From: a virus
Lineage: Duplodnaviria > Caudoviricetes
Virus record (IMG/VR): IMGVR_UViG_3300017991_000124
Location: 1-58,359 of that record
Strand: one strand, 5' to 3'
DNA length: 58,359 nt
The translations under genes were made by a program, and so were the position numbers. Positions within the stretch are counted from its first letter, which is position 1, and each line of letters opens with the position of its first letter. The notes under the pieces are model-generated. The model saw only the letters and a list, made by a program, of their open reading frames with translations, was not told the origin of the DNA and made no database searches. Positions 10,007 to 18,573 of the stretch are shown one piece after another.

Positions 10007-11293
10007 CTAGACGCCCTCGGCATCCAGGTGCAAAATCCGGGTGCCCCCGTTCTCGCGGTACACCGCAAACGTGTAGTGGCCCGAGGCGGTGATCACCACG
10101 TCACGCACCGCCGACCACCCCGGGTCCGGGTAGACCGCCGGGGGGCCCGCCGACGGGTACTCGATACACACCATGTCGAACAGCTCGCCGCCCAGCAGCG
10201 AGTCCGGTAGCACCAGCCCGTTGACCGTGGCCGCGATCTGGATCCGTGCCGCCCCGCCCGCCGAGAACTGCGCCACCTGGAACGTCTGCGCCGCGAACCG
10301 CGAGGGGTTGACCCGCGACACCTCGCCCGCGCTCGCGTCCGCCGTGTCGTCGGTCCAATCCCGCCGCAGCATGTCCGCCCGCGTGTAGGTCGCCCGGTCC
10401 GTCCCGTCGGGGTCCAGCGTCTGGTAGGCGAAGTCCAGTTCCAGCGGGGACGGCCGCCGCGTCCACATCTGCATCGACGCCAGCGTGCCGTCCAGCCAGT
10501 CGGTCAGCCCGTCGCTGCTGCCGATGTAGCCCGCCGGGTCGCCCGCGTCGATCGCCGCGTCCGAGGCTGTCCCCGCCACGTCCACCGCCGCGTCCAGATC
10601 CATCGCCGCCGCCACCGCGCTCGTCCAGTACAGCGTCCAGAACCCGTCCAGCAGATCCGTCGGGCCGCCCACGCTCACCCCGTTGTGCCGGTACTCGTAC
10701 GTGCCCCCAGCGTTGATCCGCATGATCTCGAGGTTGGGGAACCCCAGCACGGTCTGGGTGCTGGTGTACACGTCGGCGATCCAGTCGAACGCAACGAACC
10801 ACTCCCCCGCCAGAATCCCGTAGTCCAGCGGGATCTTGAAGAACTGCTGCAAGGTGCGCTCGAACGTCGCGCGCTTGATCCCAGTCGCCGCCGAGACCGT
10901 CGGCCGGGCCGCCGCCGTGTCCTGGTACGGGTTGCCGAACCTCGGGGTGGTGATCACGTACTCGTCGTCCGTGTCCCAGTCGTTGTCCGTGCCCCCCGCC
11001 AGCGTCGCCGTGACCTTGACGTCCGTGTTGGCCGTGATGGCCCCCGCGCTCCCGTCGGTCACGTTGTAGATTGTGCACCCGACCAGTTCATCCGTCCCCC
11101 AGAACGCCGCGCCGTCCTCCAGCGCCGCCTGGTTGTTCGCCCCCGTGTGCGCCCCCGTGCGAACCGCCCGCGCCGGGGGTGCTACGTTCGTCCACAGCGA
11201 CCCGTCCAGCGCCAGTCCGGACTCGCGGCAGTCCAGCACCAACCCCTCAATGTCGGCGTAGTCGGTGCGGATCTTGGCGTCGAAGTTCGGCAT
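10007..11293 (-). CDS. Tail-associated protein with LamG/ConA-like region
   Basis: GYIGSS...WLDGTLASMQMWTRRPSPLEL resembles a LamG C-terminus; carries GGTDNDWD module. Confidence 0.65.
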   Translation of the reverse strand: MPNFDAKIRTDYADIEGLVLDCRESGLALDGSLWTNVAPPARAVRTGAHTGANNQAALEDGAAFWGTDELVGCTIYNVTDGSAGAITANTDVKVTATLAGGTDNDWDTDDEYVITTPRFGNPYQDTAAARPTVSAATGIKRATFERTLQQFFKIPLDYGILAGEWFVAFDWIADVYTSTQTVLGFPNLEIMRINAGGTYEYRHNGVSVGGPTDLLDGFWTLYWTSAVAAAMDLDAAVDVAGTASDAAIDAGDPAGYIGSSDGLTDWLDGTLASMQMWTRRPSPLELDFAYQTLDPDGTDRATYTRADMLRRDWTDDTADASAGEVSRVNPSRFAAQTFQVAQFSAGGAARIQIAATVNGLVLPDSLLGGELFDMVCIEYPSAGPPAVYPDPGWSAVRDVVITASGHYTFAVYRENGGTRILHLDAEGV

Positions 11294-12505
11294 CTACATG
11301 TAGCCCTTCACCATCACGCTGATCTCGCAGTTGGTGCCGCCGGCGTTTGGCACGATCAGGTTCCCCGCGTCGTCGTACAGGCTGAACGACATGGTTCCAA
11401 CCGCTTTCGATTTGTACACGCCGAACCACGACGCACCGGCCACCAATACGCCGATGTACACGGCGTAGGTGGTGTTCGCAAAATTGCGCTGGAAGGTGAC
11501 CGTGATCTGGGTCGCGTTGGACGTCACGGAACTCACGTTGTTATTATCCCCCATCGCCGGCGCCCCGCCCCCCGTGATCGTTGCCGAGCACCAGGTGTCC
11601 AGCAACTGGAACTTGTGGGTGTTGGCGCGCACCAGGAACTCAGCGTTGGTCGCCTCGTACCACAGATCCCCATCGCTCAGGCTGGTGGGATCCGCCGCCG
11701 CGCCCTGCATGCTGATGTTTGGGCCGCCCGCCGTGCGGACGGTGTGTACCGCAGAACCGGTTCCTGTGCCCTGGAACGCCCCACCGTTGCCGTTGGTGGC
11801 GCCGCCCACCCCCTCCACGCCGTTTGCGTCCGTGCCGCCGCCGGTGCCCTTGACACCCGCGCCCAGCCCCGCGCCCGTCCCCACAACACCGTAGCCGTTG
11901 GTCGCGCCGCCGTCCGCCGTCACCCCGTGCCCGTCCGACGCGCCCCCCTGGAACACGCCACCCTCGCCGGCACCCTGGCCGTAGCCCTCGACACCGTGGC
12001 CGCCTGCGACCCCGTGGCCCTCGACCCCGGTACCGCCGCCCGATCCGCCCTGGCCGTAGACCCCCGCCGTCGCACCGCCGCCGATCCCGCGCACGCCTTC
12101 GCCACCGCCGGCACCGCCGACCCCCCGCACCCCCTGCCCCGATCCCTGGCCCGTGCCCAGCACGCCGTGCCCGTTCGCCGTGCTGCCGGTGAAGTCTCCA
12201 CCGGGATCGCCGCCGGCCGCCCCCGCGACCGCAACCACCCCCGATCCGCTCGACCCGCCGGTGAAGTCGCCGCCCGGTTCTGTCCCCTTGCCGACGCCGG
12301 TAACCCCCGTAGCGTTCGCCGCCACCACCCCCGATGCGTCGAAGGTGGCTTCCTCGTTCCAGACAAGCGCCGCGCTGGGGTTGTACGTGCCGCCCGCGTA
12401 GCCGTCTACGGCCCTGGACTGGTTGATGTCGATCCCGTTGGCCTGGGCCGATGTGAGAATTTCAAAAGCCGCCCACCCGGCAGGATTCTGTCGCGAGAAG
12501 GTCAT
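11294..12505 (-). CDS. Glycine-rich tail fibre protein
   Basis: Repeated GxGVxGxG units; LSDGDLWY motif; C-terminal beta domain. Confidence 0.75.
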   Translation of the reverse strand: MTFSRQNPAGWAAFEILTSAQANGIDINQSRAVDGYAGGTYNPSAALVWNEEATFDASGVVAANATGVTGVGKGTEPGGDFTGGSSGSGVVAVAGAAGGDPGGDFTGSTANGHGVLGTGQGSGQGVRGVGGAGGGEGVRGIGGGATAGVYGQGGSGGGTGVEGHGVAGGHGVEGYGQGAGEGGVFQGGASDGHGVTADGGATNGYGVVGTGAGLGAGVKGTGGGTDANGVEGVGGATNGNGGAFQGTGTGSAVHTVRTAGGPNISMQGAAADPTSLSDGDLWYEATNAEFLVRANTHKFQLLDTWCSATITGGGAPAMGDNNNVSSVTSNATQITVTFQRNFANTTYAVYIGVLVAGASWFGVYKSKAVGTMSFSLYDDAGNLIVPNAGGTNCEISVMVKGYM

Positions 12506-12864
12506 CTCGTCACCTCATCGATTGGCACTGAACCGTAGACCGGATCCTTGAGTTGCCACCCGTTCCAGGCGCCGGTCACCTCGCCGCTGTCCTTGTCGAT
12601 CGCAACGTCGCTGTGATCGCGCCCAAACACGACCCTGCGCCGCGCGTCCACCGGGCGCCATCCGTCGGGCGTCTCCACCAGCAGCTTGCGCTCGACGAGC
12701 CCGTCCCATGCCCGGCAGATCATGGCGTCGGTGGCCTCGGGGTGCTGCGACGCGCGCACCAGATCCGCGACCTCCAGCGGCCCCTCGGCGGTGCGCCCGC
12801 TGATGGTCAGCAGGTTGTAGATCGTCATGGCGACGGTGCTGGTCGCGTAGGGTTCCTGTCTCAT
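12502..12864 (-). CDS. Hypothetical protein
   Basis: ATGA overlaps on both sides; C-terminal 120 aa of ORF 12502..13443. Confidence 0.5.
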   Translation of the reverse strand: MRQEPYATSTVAMTIYNLLTISGRTAEGPLEVADLVRASQHPEATDAMICRAWDGLVERKLLVETPDGWRPVDARRRVVFGRDHSDVAIDKDSGEVTGAWNGWQLKDPVYGSVPIDEVTR

Positions 12865-13580
12865 GATCCAAACGCTCCAAAGTCTAGCAGCGACTGGTCC
12901 AGTACGAACCCGGCGCTGGGGTTGGCGATGATCCGAAAGTCCACCCAGGCCGGCAGCACCTGGTTGAGGATGGCCTTGGCCTGCTCGATCCGACGCTTCT
13001 GCTCGGCCGACAGCGCCCCGGCAGCGACGTTGTACTGCACGATGCACACGAAGTCGTCGCTGAAGTTGGGGAACAGGGTGGAGTACCGGCCGCCCCCGAA
13101 CGCCGGGCCGCAAGCTGACGGATCGCTGGGGTCGAAGTCCTCGAATCCCCGGCCGGGGGTGGTGCTGGCCGAGGTGTCGCGGTCGCCGTCCAGGATGGAG
13201 AACAACGGGTCGACGCGCTGGAGCTCGGCCTCCAGATCCTCGGTCTCCGCGGTGACGGCCTGCACCCACCGGCGCAGGATCTCCTGCCGCCGCTCCTCGT
13301 CGCTGGACGCGCTGGGGGCGGTGATGTGCAGGATGTCCTCGTAGATGGCGATGGCGTCGGTCGCGCGATCGGGCCACACCTGGCACACGGCGCGCTCGTC
13401 GGCCACCCCGGCGGCGATCCCCCGGGCCAGCGCCCAGCGCCACGCGCCGTCCAGCGAATCGATGTCCCCGCAGTTATCCCGGCCGATCGCGTCGCGGAGC
13501 GCGTGGTACGCCCGCTCGGCCAACGACAGCCCCCCGCCGATCTGGCAGGGGATGGGGTTGCCGGCACCGATCTTCGCCAC
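12861..13580 (-). CDS. Baseplate wedge protein (Mu gp48/DUF2313-like)
   Basis: WPDRATDAIAIYEDIL...EERRQEI and ILNQVLPAW motifs; downstream of baseplate J. Confidence 0.7.
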   Translation of the reverse strand: MAKIGAGNPIPCQIGGGLSLAERAYHALRDAIGRDNCGDIDSLDGAWRWALARGIAAGVADERAVCQVWPDRATDAIAIYEDILHITAPSASSDEERRQEILRRWVQAVTAETEDLEAELQRVDPLFSILDGDRDTSASTTPGRGFEDFDPSDPSACGPAFGGGRYSTLFPNFSDDFVCIVQYNVAAGALSAEQKRRIEQAKAILNQVLPAWVDFRIIANPSAGFVLDQSLLDFGAFGS

Positions 13581-13595
13581 GCGCGCCTCCTTCGG

Positions 13596-14297
13596 TTACC
13601 AGATGGCCAACAGAAACTCGGACACCTCGGCCGGATCCCCGGCCGCATCCCGGAACACCACCGTGCCCGCGTAGTCGCTGGTGAGTTGGAGAATGCCCTC
13701 CAACTTGGCGTCCAGGATGATGTACTCGTCGTCGATGTCCCAGTCGTTGTCCGTGCCGCCGCCGAGCGCGCCGGTCACGGTGTCGGCCGTGTTGCTGACG
13801 ATCGTCGCCTGCGAACCGTCGGTCAGGTTGTAGATCTCCATCCCGGCGAACTCGTTGACCGTCCAACTCTGCGAGGTGTCGGTCAGCACCGCCACGTTGT
13901 CGAGCCCGTCGTGGGTTCCCGTCGCCGGCATCGCGTTGGTTGCGGCCACCATCCCGCCACGGAGCACCAACGCGATCGCTGCGCCGAGCTCGTTGTTGTA
14001 GGTGCTGGCGAATGCGAACTGGTAGACCCCCGCCGCGGCGTAGGTCCACGTGATCGCGGACAGCGCGCCGTCGGCGTCCCAGGCCAACCCCTGCACGTCG
14101 GTGGTCACCACGCCGCCCGAGACGCTGCACCGCAGCAGCGCCAGCGGGGACGACTGGCACAACCCCGCCAGTTGCCAGAAGTTGAGCTTGTAGGTTGAGG
14201 CTCCGATCTCGCGCTTCGGATCGATAACCGGGCGCTCGTCCTCGAGATCCGACGGCCCGAACGCCGACCGGTTGCTTCGTGTGGGAAATCCTGCCAT
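13596..14297 (-). CDS. Baseplate/tail-associated protein with GGTDNDWD module
   Basis: ATG 14297 with GAGGTAGGA upstream; synteny. Confidence 0.65.
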   Translation of the reverse strand: MAGFPTRSNRSAFGPSDLEDERPVIDPKREIGASTYKLNFWQLAGLCQSSPLALLRCSVSGGVVTTDVQGLAWDADGALSAITWTYAAAGVYQFAFASTYNNELGAAIALVLRGGMVAATNAMPATGTHDGLDNVAVLTDTSQSWTVNEFAGMEIYNLTDGSQATIVSNTADTVTGALGGGTDNDWDIDDEYIILDAKLEGILQLTSDYAGTVVFRDAAGDPAEVSEFLLAIW

Positions 14298-14310
14298 CGG
14301 TCCTACCTCA

Positions 14311-15906
14311 TCACAGCGGGTAAAGCGCAACCCGTCCCAGGGTCACGATGTTGGGCCCGTCGATCACGTCGCCGGGCAGGTCGGGTTCGCTCCTCGAGAT
14401 GGACGTGAGCTCCGCGTTCGGCGCCACCCCGCCCAGCGCGTCGATCACCCGGCTCACCACGAGCTGGCCTGCGATCGACGGATACTGCTCCGACGGCGGC
14501 GGGTACCGGAACGCCCGCGCCGCTCGCGCGTCGGTGTCCAGGTCCACAACCTCGCCCGGCCCCAACTCGTCGAAATAGTCCGACAGCGCGTCGGCAATGA
14601 TAGTGAGGCGATCGGTTCCAGGGGACAGGTACTGCCCGGTGGCGATGGTCATCGTGGGGGCTGCGTTCAACTTGATCGTGGCGATCGGAGAACTGAACGA
14701 CACCTCCGACACGTCCAGTTCCTCCCACGCGCTGTTGTCCTCGTCCCAGAGCATCAGGCTGGGCACGTCGTCGCCGGTCAAGGTCGCAGCCCCGCCCGGG
14801 AGGGTTACATTCGTTTGCACCGTGAACTGCGTCTGCGAAGCGACGCCGTTTACCGTGACCGCCGGGTAGCTGCTGGAGTAGGTCGGCCAGGGCGAGGTGT
14901 CGGTCCAGCCGCCGGTTGTGCCGTACCCCATGCTAAGTCGCATCACCAGGTCGGAGTCCTGCTCGTTGGGTGGCACGCAGACGACGTAGGCCCGCTGCGG
15001 GGTGACCGGGCTGTCGGGTGGCACCAGGTAATTCCGGGCAGCGATCAGGGTAGCCGGCGCCACGTCGGTGCGCGCCTCGGGGCCCAGGGTGCTGCCCCGC
15101 TTCTGGAGCACGCAGACCATCAGGGATCCCGCGTGGAACACGCAGGGATAGACGAATGCAGACTCGATCGCGTTGCTGGCCGCGCGCGCCCAGTTGACGA
15201 AGTGCGCGGCGTTCCCGCAGGCCGGGCGGTAGGCGATGAACTGCTCGATCCGCGAGGCGTACTCGGTGTCCGTTTCGACGTCGAACCCGCCGGTGAAGTC
15301 CTCGTCCACCTCGGCGTCGTCCTGTGCGCCGACCGGCTTGTTGACGCTCCATGTCAACGTGGTAGTGGCCGGGGGGTTGGTGTCCGATCCGGTGTCGATC
15401 GCCCCCATCTCCAACGCGACCTGCGCGGATCCTGCGGGAACCGTGCCCGTGACCAGCACCTGATACTGCACGCCGTTCTGATCGACGGCGACACACGCCG
15501 TCGGGTCGCCCAGGGTAGTCGATCCGGTGAACACCGTGCCCGCCGGTCCGTAGGCCACCACCGGCCCGCTGCCGCCGGTGGCCGGCAGCTTGGATCCCTG
15601 CCCCAGCCAGAGCGGCCCGTGGAAGTTCTCCAGGAACGCGGTGTTGCTCCACGCCGGCCGCAGTTGGTTTGCCAGATACCGCGCGCGCGACTGCGATGCT
15701 TGCAGCGCCAAGTCCAGGCAATCGGCTTCGATGAAGAACGCGGACCCGCGCTGGGTCACTTCGATTACCGTGTCCTCGGTGAACAGCGCGGCGGTGTCCG
15801 GGTCGATCATCACCCGCAGCGCGTTGCGCAGGTTGCTCAGAACCACATCGTCGCGGATGTCGCCCCGGCGGAACAGGATGAACTGGCGTTCGTCTGCGGT
15901 GGTCAC
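14311..15906 (-). CDS. Baseplate J-like protein (Mu gp47-like)
   Basis: FTGGFDVETDTEYASRI...PACGNAAHFVNWA motif. Confidence 0.85.
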   Translation of the reverse strand: MTTADERQFILFRRGDIRDDVVLSNLRNALRVMIDPDTAALFTEDTVIEVTQRGSAFFIEADCLDLALQASQSRARYLANQLRPAWSNTAFLENFHGPLWLGQGSKLPATGGSGPVVAYGPAGTVFTGSTTLGDPTACVAVDQNGVQYQVLVTGTVPAGSAQVALEMGAIDTGSDTNPPATTTLTWSVNKPVGAQDDAEVDEDFTGGFDVETDTEYASRIEQFIAYRPACGNAAHFVNWARAASNAIESAFVYPCVFHAGSLMVCVLQKRGSTLGPEARTDVAPATLIAARNYLVPPDSPVTPQRAYVVCVPPNEQDSDLVMRLSMGYGTTGGWTDTSPWPTYSSSYPAVTVNGVASQTQFTVQTNVTLPGGAATLTGDDVPSLMLWDEDNSAWEELDVSEVSFSSPIATIKLNAAPTMTIATGQYLSPGTDRLTIIADALSDYFDELGPGEVVDLDTDARAARAFRYPPPSEQYPSIAGQLVVSRVIDALGGVAPNAELTSISRSEPDLPGDVIDGPNIVTLGRVALYPL

Positions 15907-16355
15907 GCGCTCGCCTCCGTGATGCTCTGCGTGGACCCCTTGGGCGCGCGCAGATTGACGTACTCGACTCGGAACTGCTGGGTCTGGTTGGTGCGGTCCG
16001 CGTCGTTGAAGAACACCCCGACCAGGCGGATGTCCTTATTGCGCCGCAGGCGGGCCAGCGCAGTGTTCACCTCGCTGCGAATGTCGTCCTGCATCGAGGC
16101 GGCCATGTGGCGAATCTTGTGCAACTGCGTGCCCTCGTCCGACACCGCCGGGCCATTCCAGCGGATCAGCGACAGCGCCAGCACCACCTGCGCGTCGATG
16201 GGATCCATGCCCCGGGTCAGGCTATCCCAGTCCCTGGTCATCGGGTTCCAGATCCGCGCCTTGAGCGGCGAAGGGGATTGGAGCGGGTCGGTGGCAAAGA
16301 CCAGAGCGCCCACGGGTTGCGCGGTGGACGGCAGGGCGATGCGGATGATCGTCAT
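15903..16355 (-). CDS. Baseplate wedge/sheath initiator (gp25/Mu gp46-like)
   Basis: 150 aa immediately upstream of baseplate J; C-terminal FRVEYVNLR. Confidence 0.6.
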   Translation of the reverse strand: MTIIRIALPSTAQPVGALVFATDPLQSPSPLKARIWNPMTRDWDSLTRGMDPIDAQVVLALSLIRWNGPAVSDEGTQLHKIRHMAASMQDDIRSEVNTALARLRRNKDIRLVGVFFNDADRTNQTQQFRVEYVNLRAPKGSTQSITEASA

Positions 16356-16361
16356 GGGCCA

Positions 16362-16390
16362 ATCCTATCATCAGCCGTGACGGCGGGCAA
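16362..16390 (-). promoter_or_regulatory. Promoter TTGCCC-N17-TAGGAT, probably leaderless
   Basis: -10 followed by TGGCCC-ATG; near-identical arrangement at 27741-27769. Confidence 0.5.
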
Positions 16391-16427
16391 ACGAGACGAA
16401 CGGGGGGGGCGGGACGATGGGGCGGGG

Positions 16428-16916
16428 TTACTTCTCGGTCTTGGGCAGGGGCAGTTGCGCGCGCACCCGCTTGGATTCCACGCGCGCCGCTCCAATGACC
16501 GCCGCCGTGACCTGGGCTACATGGTCCGCACGGCGTTGGCTCTCCTCGCTCATGCGCGCCCGATCCGACGAGGTGACCACCGCGCTCCCGCGCTTCACCG
16601 CCCGTAGACCCCCGCGATATTTAGAGGATCCGTGATCTACGCGCTCGTCCGGCGACAGCACCTTGAACCCGACGCCACGCTCGACGCCTACCAGTACGTT
16701 GTACTCCCGCCAGAGCACCGACCGCCATCGATCGGTGACCGTCTTGAACCGGGTGCTCTCCCGGGGCGTTCCGATCAGTTCCGCGATCTCGGCGTAGGGG
16801 ATCACTTGCCCCTCTTCGGGCACCTGATACCGCTCGCGCAGTCGCGCCAGTTCGATGTCGGTGGGCACGCCACCGAAGTACAACCCATCATCTTTTTGCT
16901 GATCATTCATCACCAC
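16428..16916 (-). CDS. Accessory protein of the RAMP/pentamer-array cassette (possible winged-helix)
   Basis: GGAGG SD just after last hairpin; YFGGVPTD...IPYAEIAELIG...RGVGFKVL. Confidence 0.7.
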   Translation of the reverse strand: MVMNDQQKDDGLYFGGVPTDIELARLRERYQVPEEGQVIPYAEIAELIGTPRESTRFKTVTDRWRSVLWREYNVLVGVERGVGFKVLSPDERVDHGSSKYRGGLRAVKRGSAVVTSSDRARMSEESQRRADHVAQVTAAVIGAARVESKRVRAQLPLPKTEK

Positions 16917-16925
16917 CTCCGTCGG

Positions 16926-17186
16926 TTAGAAATGCACCATTGGTGCCCATGCCAAGCCCGGCCAAGCCGCGCCGCGCCGAGCCCCGCCGCGCCGGGCCCG
17001 GCCGCGCTCCTAGTTGCGCCATTGGCGCCCTTGCCTCGCCTCGCCACGCCCAGCCGTGCCACGCCCTGCCGAGCCATGCCACGCTCCGTGCTAGTTGTCC
17101 CATTGGGACCCATGCCTTGCCCCGCCCGGCCCAGCCGCGCCTTGCCCAGCATGGCCTTGCCCCGCCGGGCCAGGCCAAGCCCCGAT
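16926..17186 (-). ncRNA. Putative guide-RNA array: three (GGC-NN)n tracts of 14, 11 and 12 pentamers, each ended by a 5-bp hairpin
   Basis: Tracts 17181-17112, 17085-17031, 17008-16949; hairpins GTCCC-AAT-GGGAC, GCGCC-AAT-GGCGC, GCACC-AAT-GGTGC; AACTAG linkers. The repeat is directly visible; the RNA role is inferred. Confidence 0.7.
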
Positions 17187-17193
17187 CCATGCA

Positions 17194-17898
17194 TCAGACC
17201 TGCGTCACGGTCGCCGCGAACTTGCCGAACACCCCCGGCGACTGCTTCGAACTCGGGCGCCAGTCGCACAACCCGCAGTACGCACCGCCGAGATCGAAGA
17301 ACTCCCGCACCACCTCGATCGGCAGCTTTTTGTCGTCCAGCACCGTCAGCGATCCGCGCGCCGTCCAGTTGCGAAATCGCGGGCGCACCCGGATGTGCTT
17401 CGCGCTCTTGACCCGCGCCCGCTTCACCAGCAGGTCGTAGCCCAGCGACCGCACCAGATCGATGTGCTTGGAGAATTGCCCCTCGTCGATCAACCCGGTG
17501 ATGTCGTCCCAAAGCACGGGGCGCCCGTTGGCCTCGATCGGCCAAATCTGCTCGTTGATCAGGATGCTCGACTGGCTCAGTTTCTTGTAGGTTGTTTGCC
17601 CCTTCAAGATCTTCATCGCCCCCGCCTCGCGCAACATGGTCATGAGGTTGTCGGCGGGGATGCCGACGACCGTTCCGTCGTGGTAGACGTTGCCGAGCCA
17701 CCGCCAGGGAGGGGACCGATCGTCGCCCGCCTTGCTCTCGGTCTTGTTGTCCGCGTTCTTGGCCCACGCCTCCATCTGATCGCCCCACACCACGTTGTCC
17801 TGGTGCATGAGCAGATCCGTGCCGCCCACGTCCGCAGAGCCGACAAGGTTGTCAAGGCAGACGGGGCGATTTGATGGAACAATTGCGAAACCAGACAT
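17194..17898 (-). CDS. Stand-alone RAMP/Cas7-like protein (start uncertain)
   Basis: GTDLLMH, VGIPADNLMTMLREAG, RVRPRFRNWTARGSL and C-terminal G-rich loop GGAYCGLCDWRP...GVFGKF occur in RAMP order. Confidence 0.7.
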   Translation of the reverse strand: MSGFAIVPSNRPVCLDNLVGSADVGGTDLLMHQDNVVWGDQMEAWAKNADNKTESKAGDDRSPPWRWLGNVYHDGTVVGIPADNLMTMLREAGAMKILKGQTTYKKLSQSSILINEQIWPIEANGRPVLWDDITGLIDEGQFSKHIDLVRSLGYDLLVKRARVKSAKHIRVRPRFRNWTARGSLTVLDDKKLPIEVVREFFDLGGAYCGLCDWRPSSKQSPGVFGKFAATVTQV

Positions 17899-17913
17899 TC
17901 ACAGTCGCGTAGT

Positions 17914-18201
17914 TCAGCAACGGAATACTACCTCACAGCACGTCTTTGCCTCCCGTGCCTCGCGGATCTGCCGCACCAGTCGCTCCCGTTGTTGCGGTGT
18001 CATCTTTCTCTTTTCTGCCGCTTCCCTGCGCAGTAGCAGCATGCCAAGACGGATTGCCAGGTCTGTCTCCTCACCGGTCATGCCAAACCGCTCCTGCATC
18101 TCCGCGCGGACCTCATCGGTGAACGGGTTGGTCAGCATCAGCCGCTCCAGCGCCTTCGTGCGGCGCCGTAGTGCCTCTTGCGAACAGTTCTTTTTCCCCA
18201 T
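17914..18201 (-). CDS. Small basic hypothetical protein, first gene of the inserted cassette
   Basis: GAGGAGG SD; TATAGT -10 upstream at about 18224-18229. Confidence 0.5.
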   Translation of the reverse strand: MGKKNCSQEALRRRTKALERLMLTNPFTDEVRAEMQERFGMTGEETDLAIRLGMLLLRREAAEKRKMTPQQRERLVRQIREAREAKTCCEVVFRC

Positions 18202-18261
18202 GGCGTTTCCCCTCCTCACACATACTATACCCCTGCTACCCGCTGCCGGGTAAAAGGTATG

Positions 18262-18573
18262 CTAGAGCGGGTCGAGGGGGCAGTAGAGCGAGGGGATAGA
18301 AAACGTCGGGATCGACGGCAACGGGATCGCCGGTAGTGCGAACGCCGGCAACGGGATCGCGGGGATACCCGGTAGGCTGGGCAGCGATGGGATGGTGAAG
18401 CTCGGGATCGACGGCAACGGGATTGCCGGCAGTGCGAACGCGGGGAGGGGGATCGCGGGAATCCCTGGAAGGCTTGGCAGTGTGGGGATCGTGAAGTTCG
18501 GGATGCTCGGCAGGGGAATCGCCGGGAGCGCGAAGCTCGGTAGCGGGATCGGCGGGAAAGCGCAGTTGGTCAT
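18262..18573 (-). CDS. Proline/aliphatic periodic-repeat protein
   Basis: About 2.8 copies of a 32-aa (96-nt) unit; TAATG coupling to upstream gene. Confidence 0.6.
   Translation of the reverse strand: MTNCAFPPIPLPSFALPAIPLPSIPNFTIPTLPSLPGIPAIPLPAFALPAIPLPSIPSFTIPSLPSLPGIPAIPLPAFALPAIPLPSIPTFSIPSLYCPLDPL

Noticed and set aside
16926-17186. Canonical CRISPR array or simple microsatellite
   Set aside because: No 25-45 nt identical repeats with spacers and no cas1/cas2; NN positions are too diverse for slippage expansion
16903-17190. 95-aa ORF spanning the pentamer array (GLAWPGGAR...)
   Set aside because: Its sequence is dictated by the 5-nt periodicity and hairpins; treated as a by-product, although translation cannot be excluded
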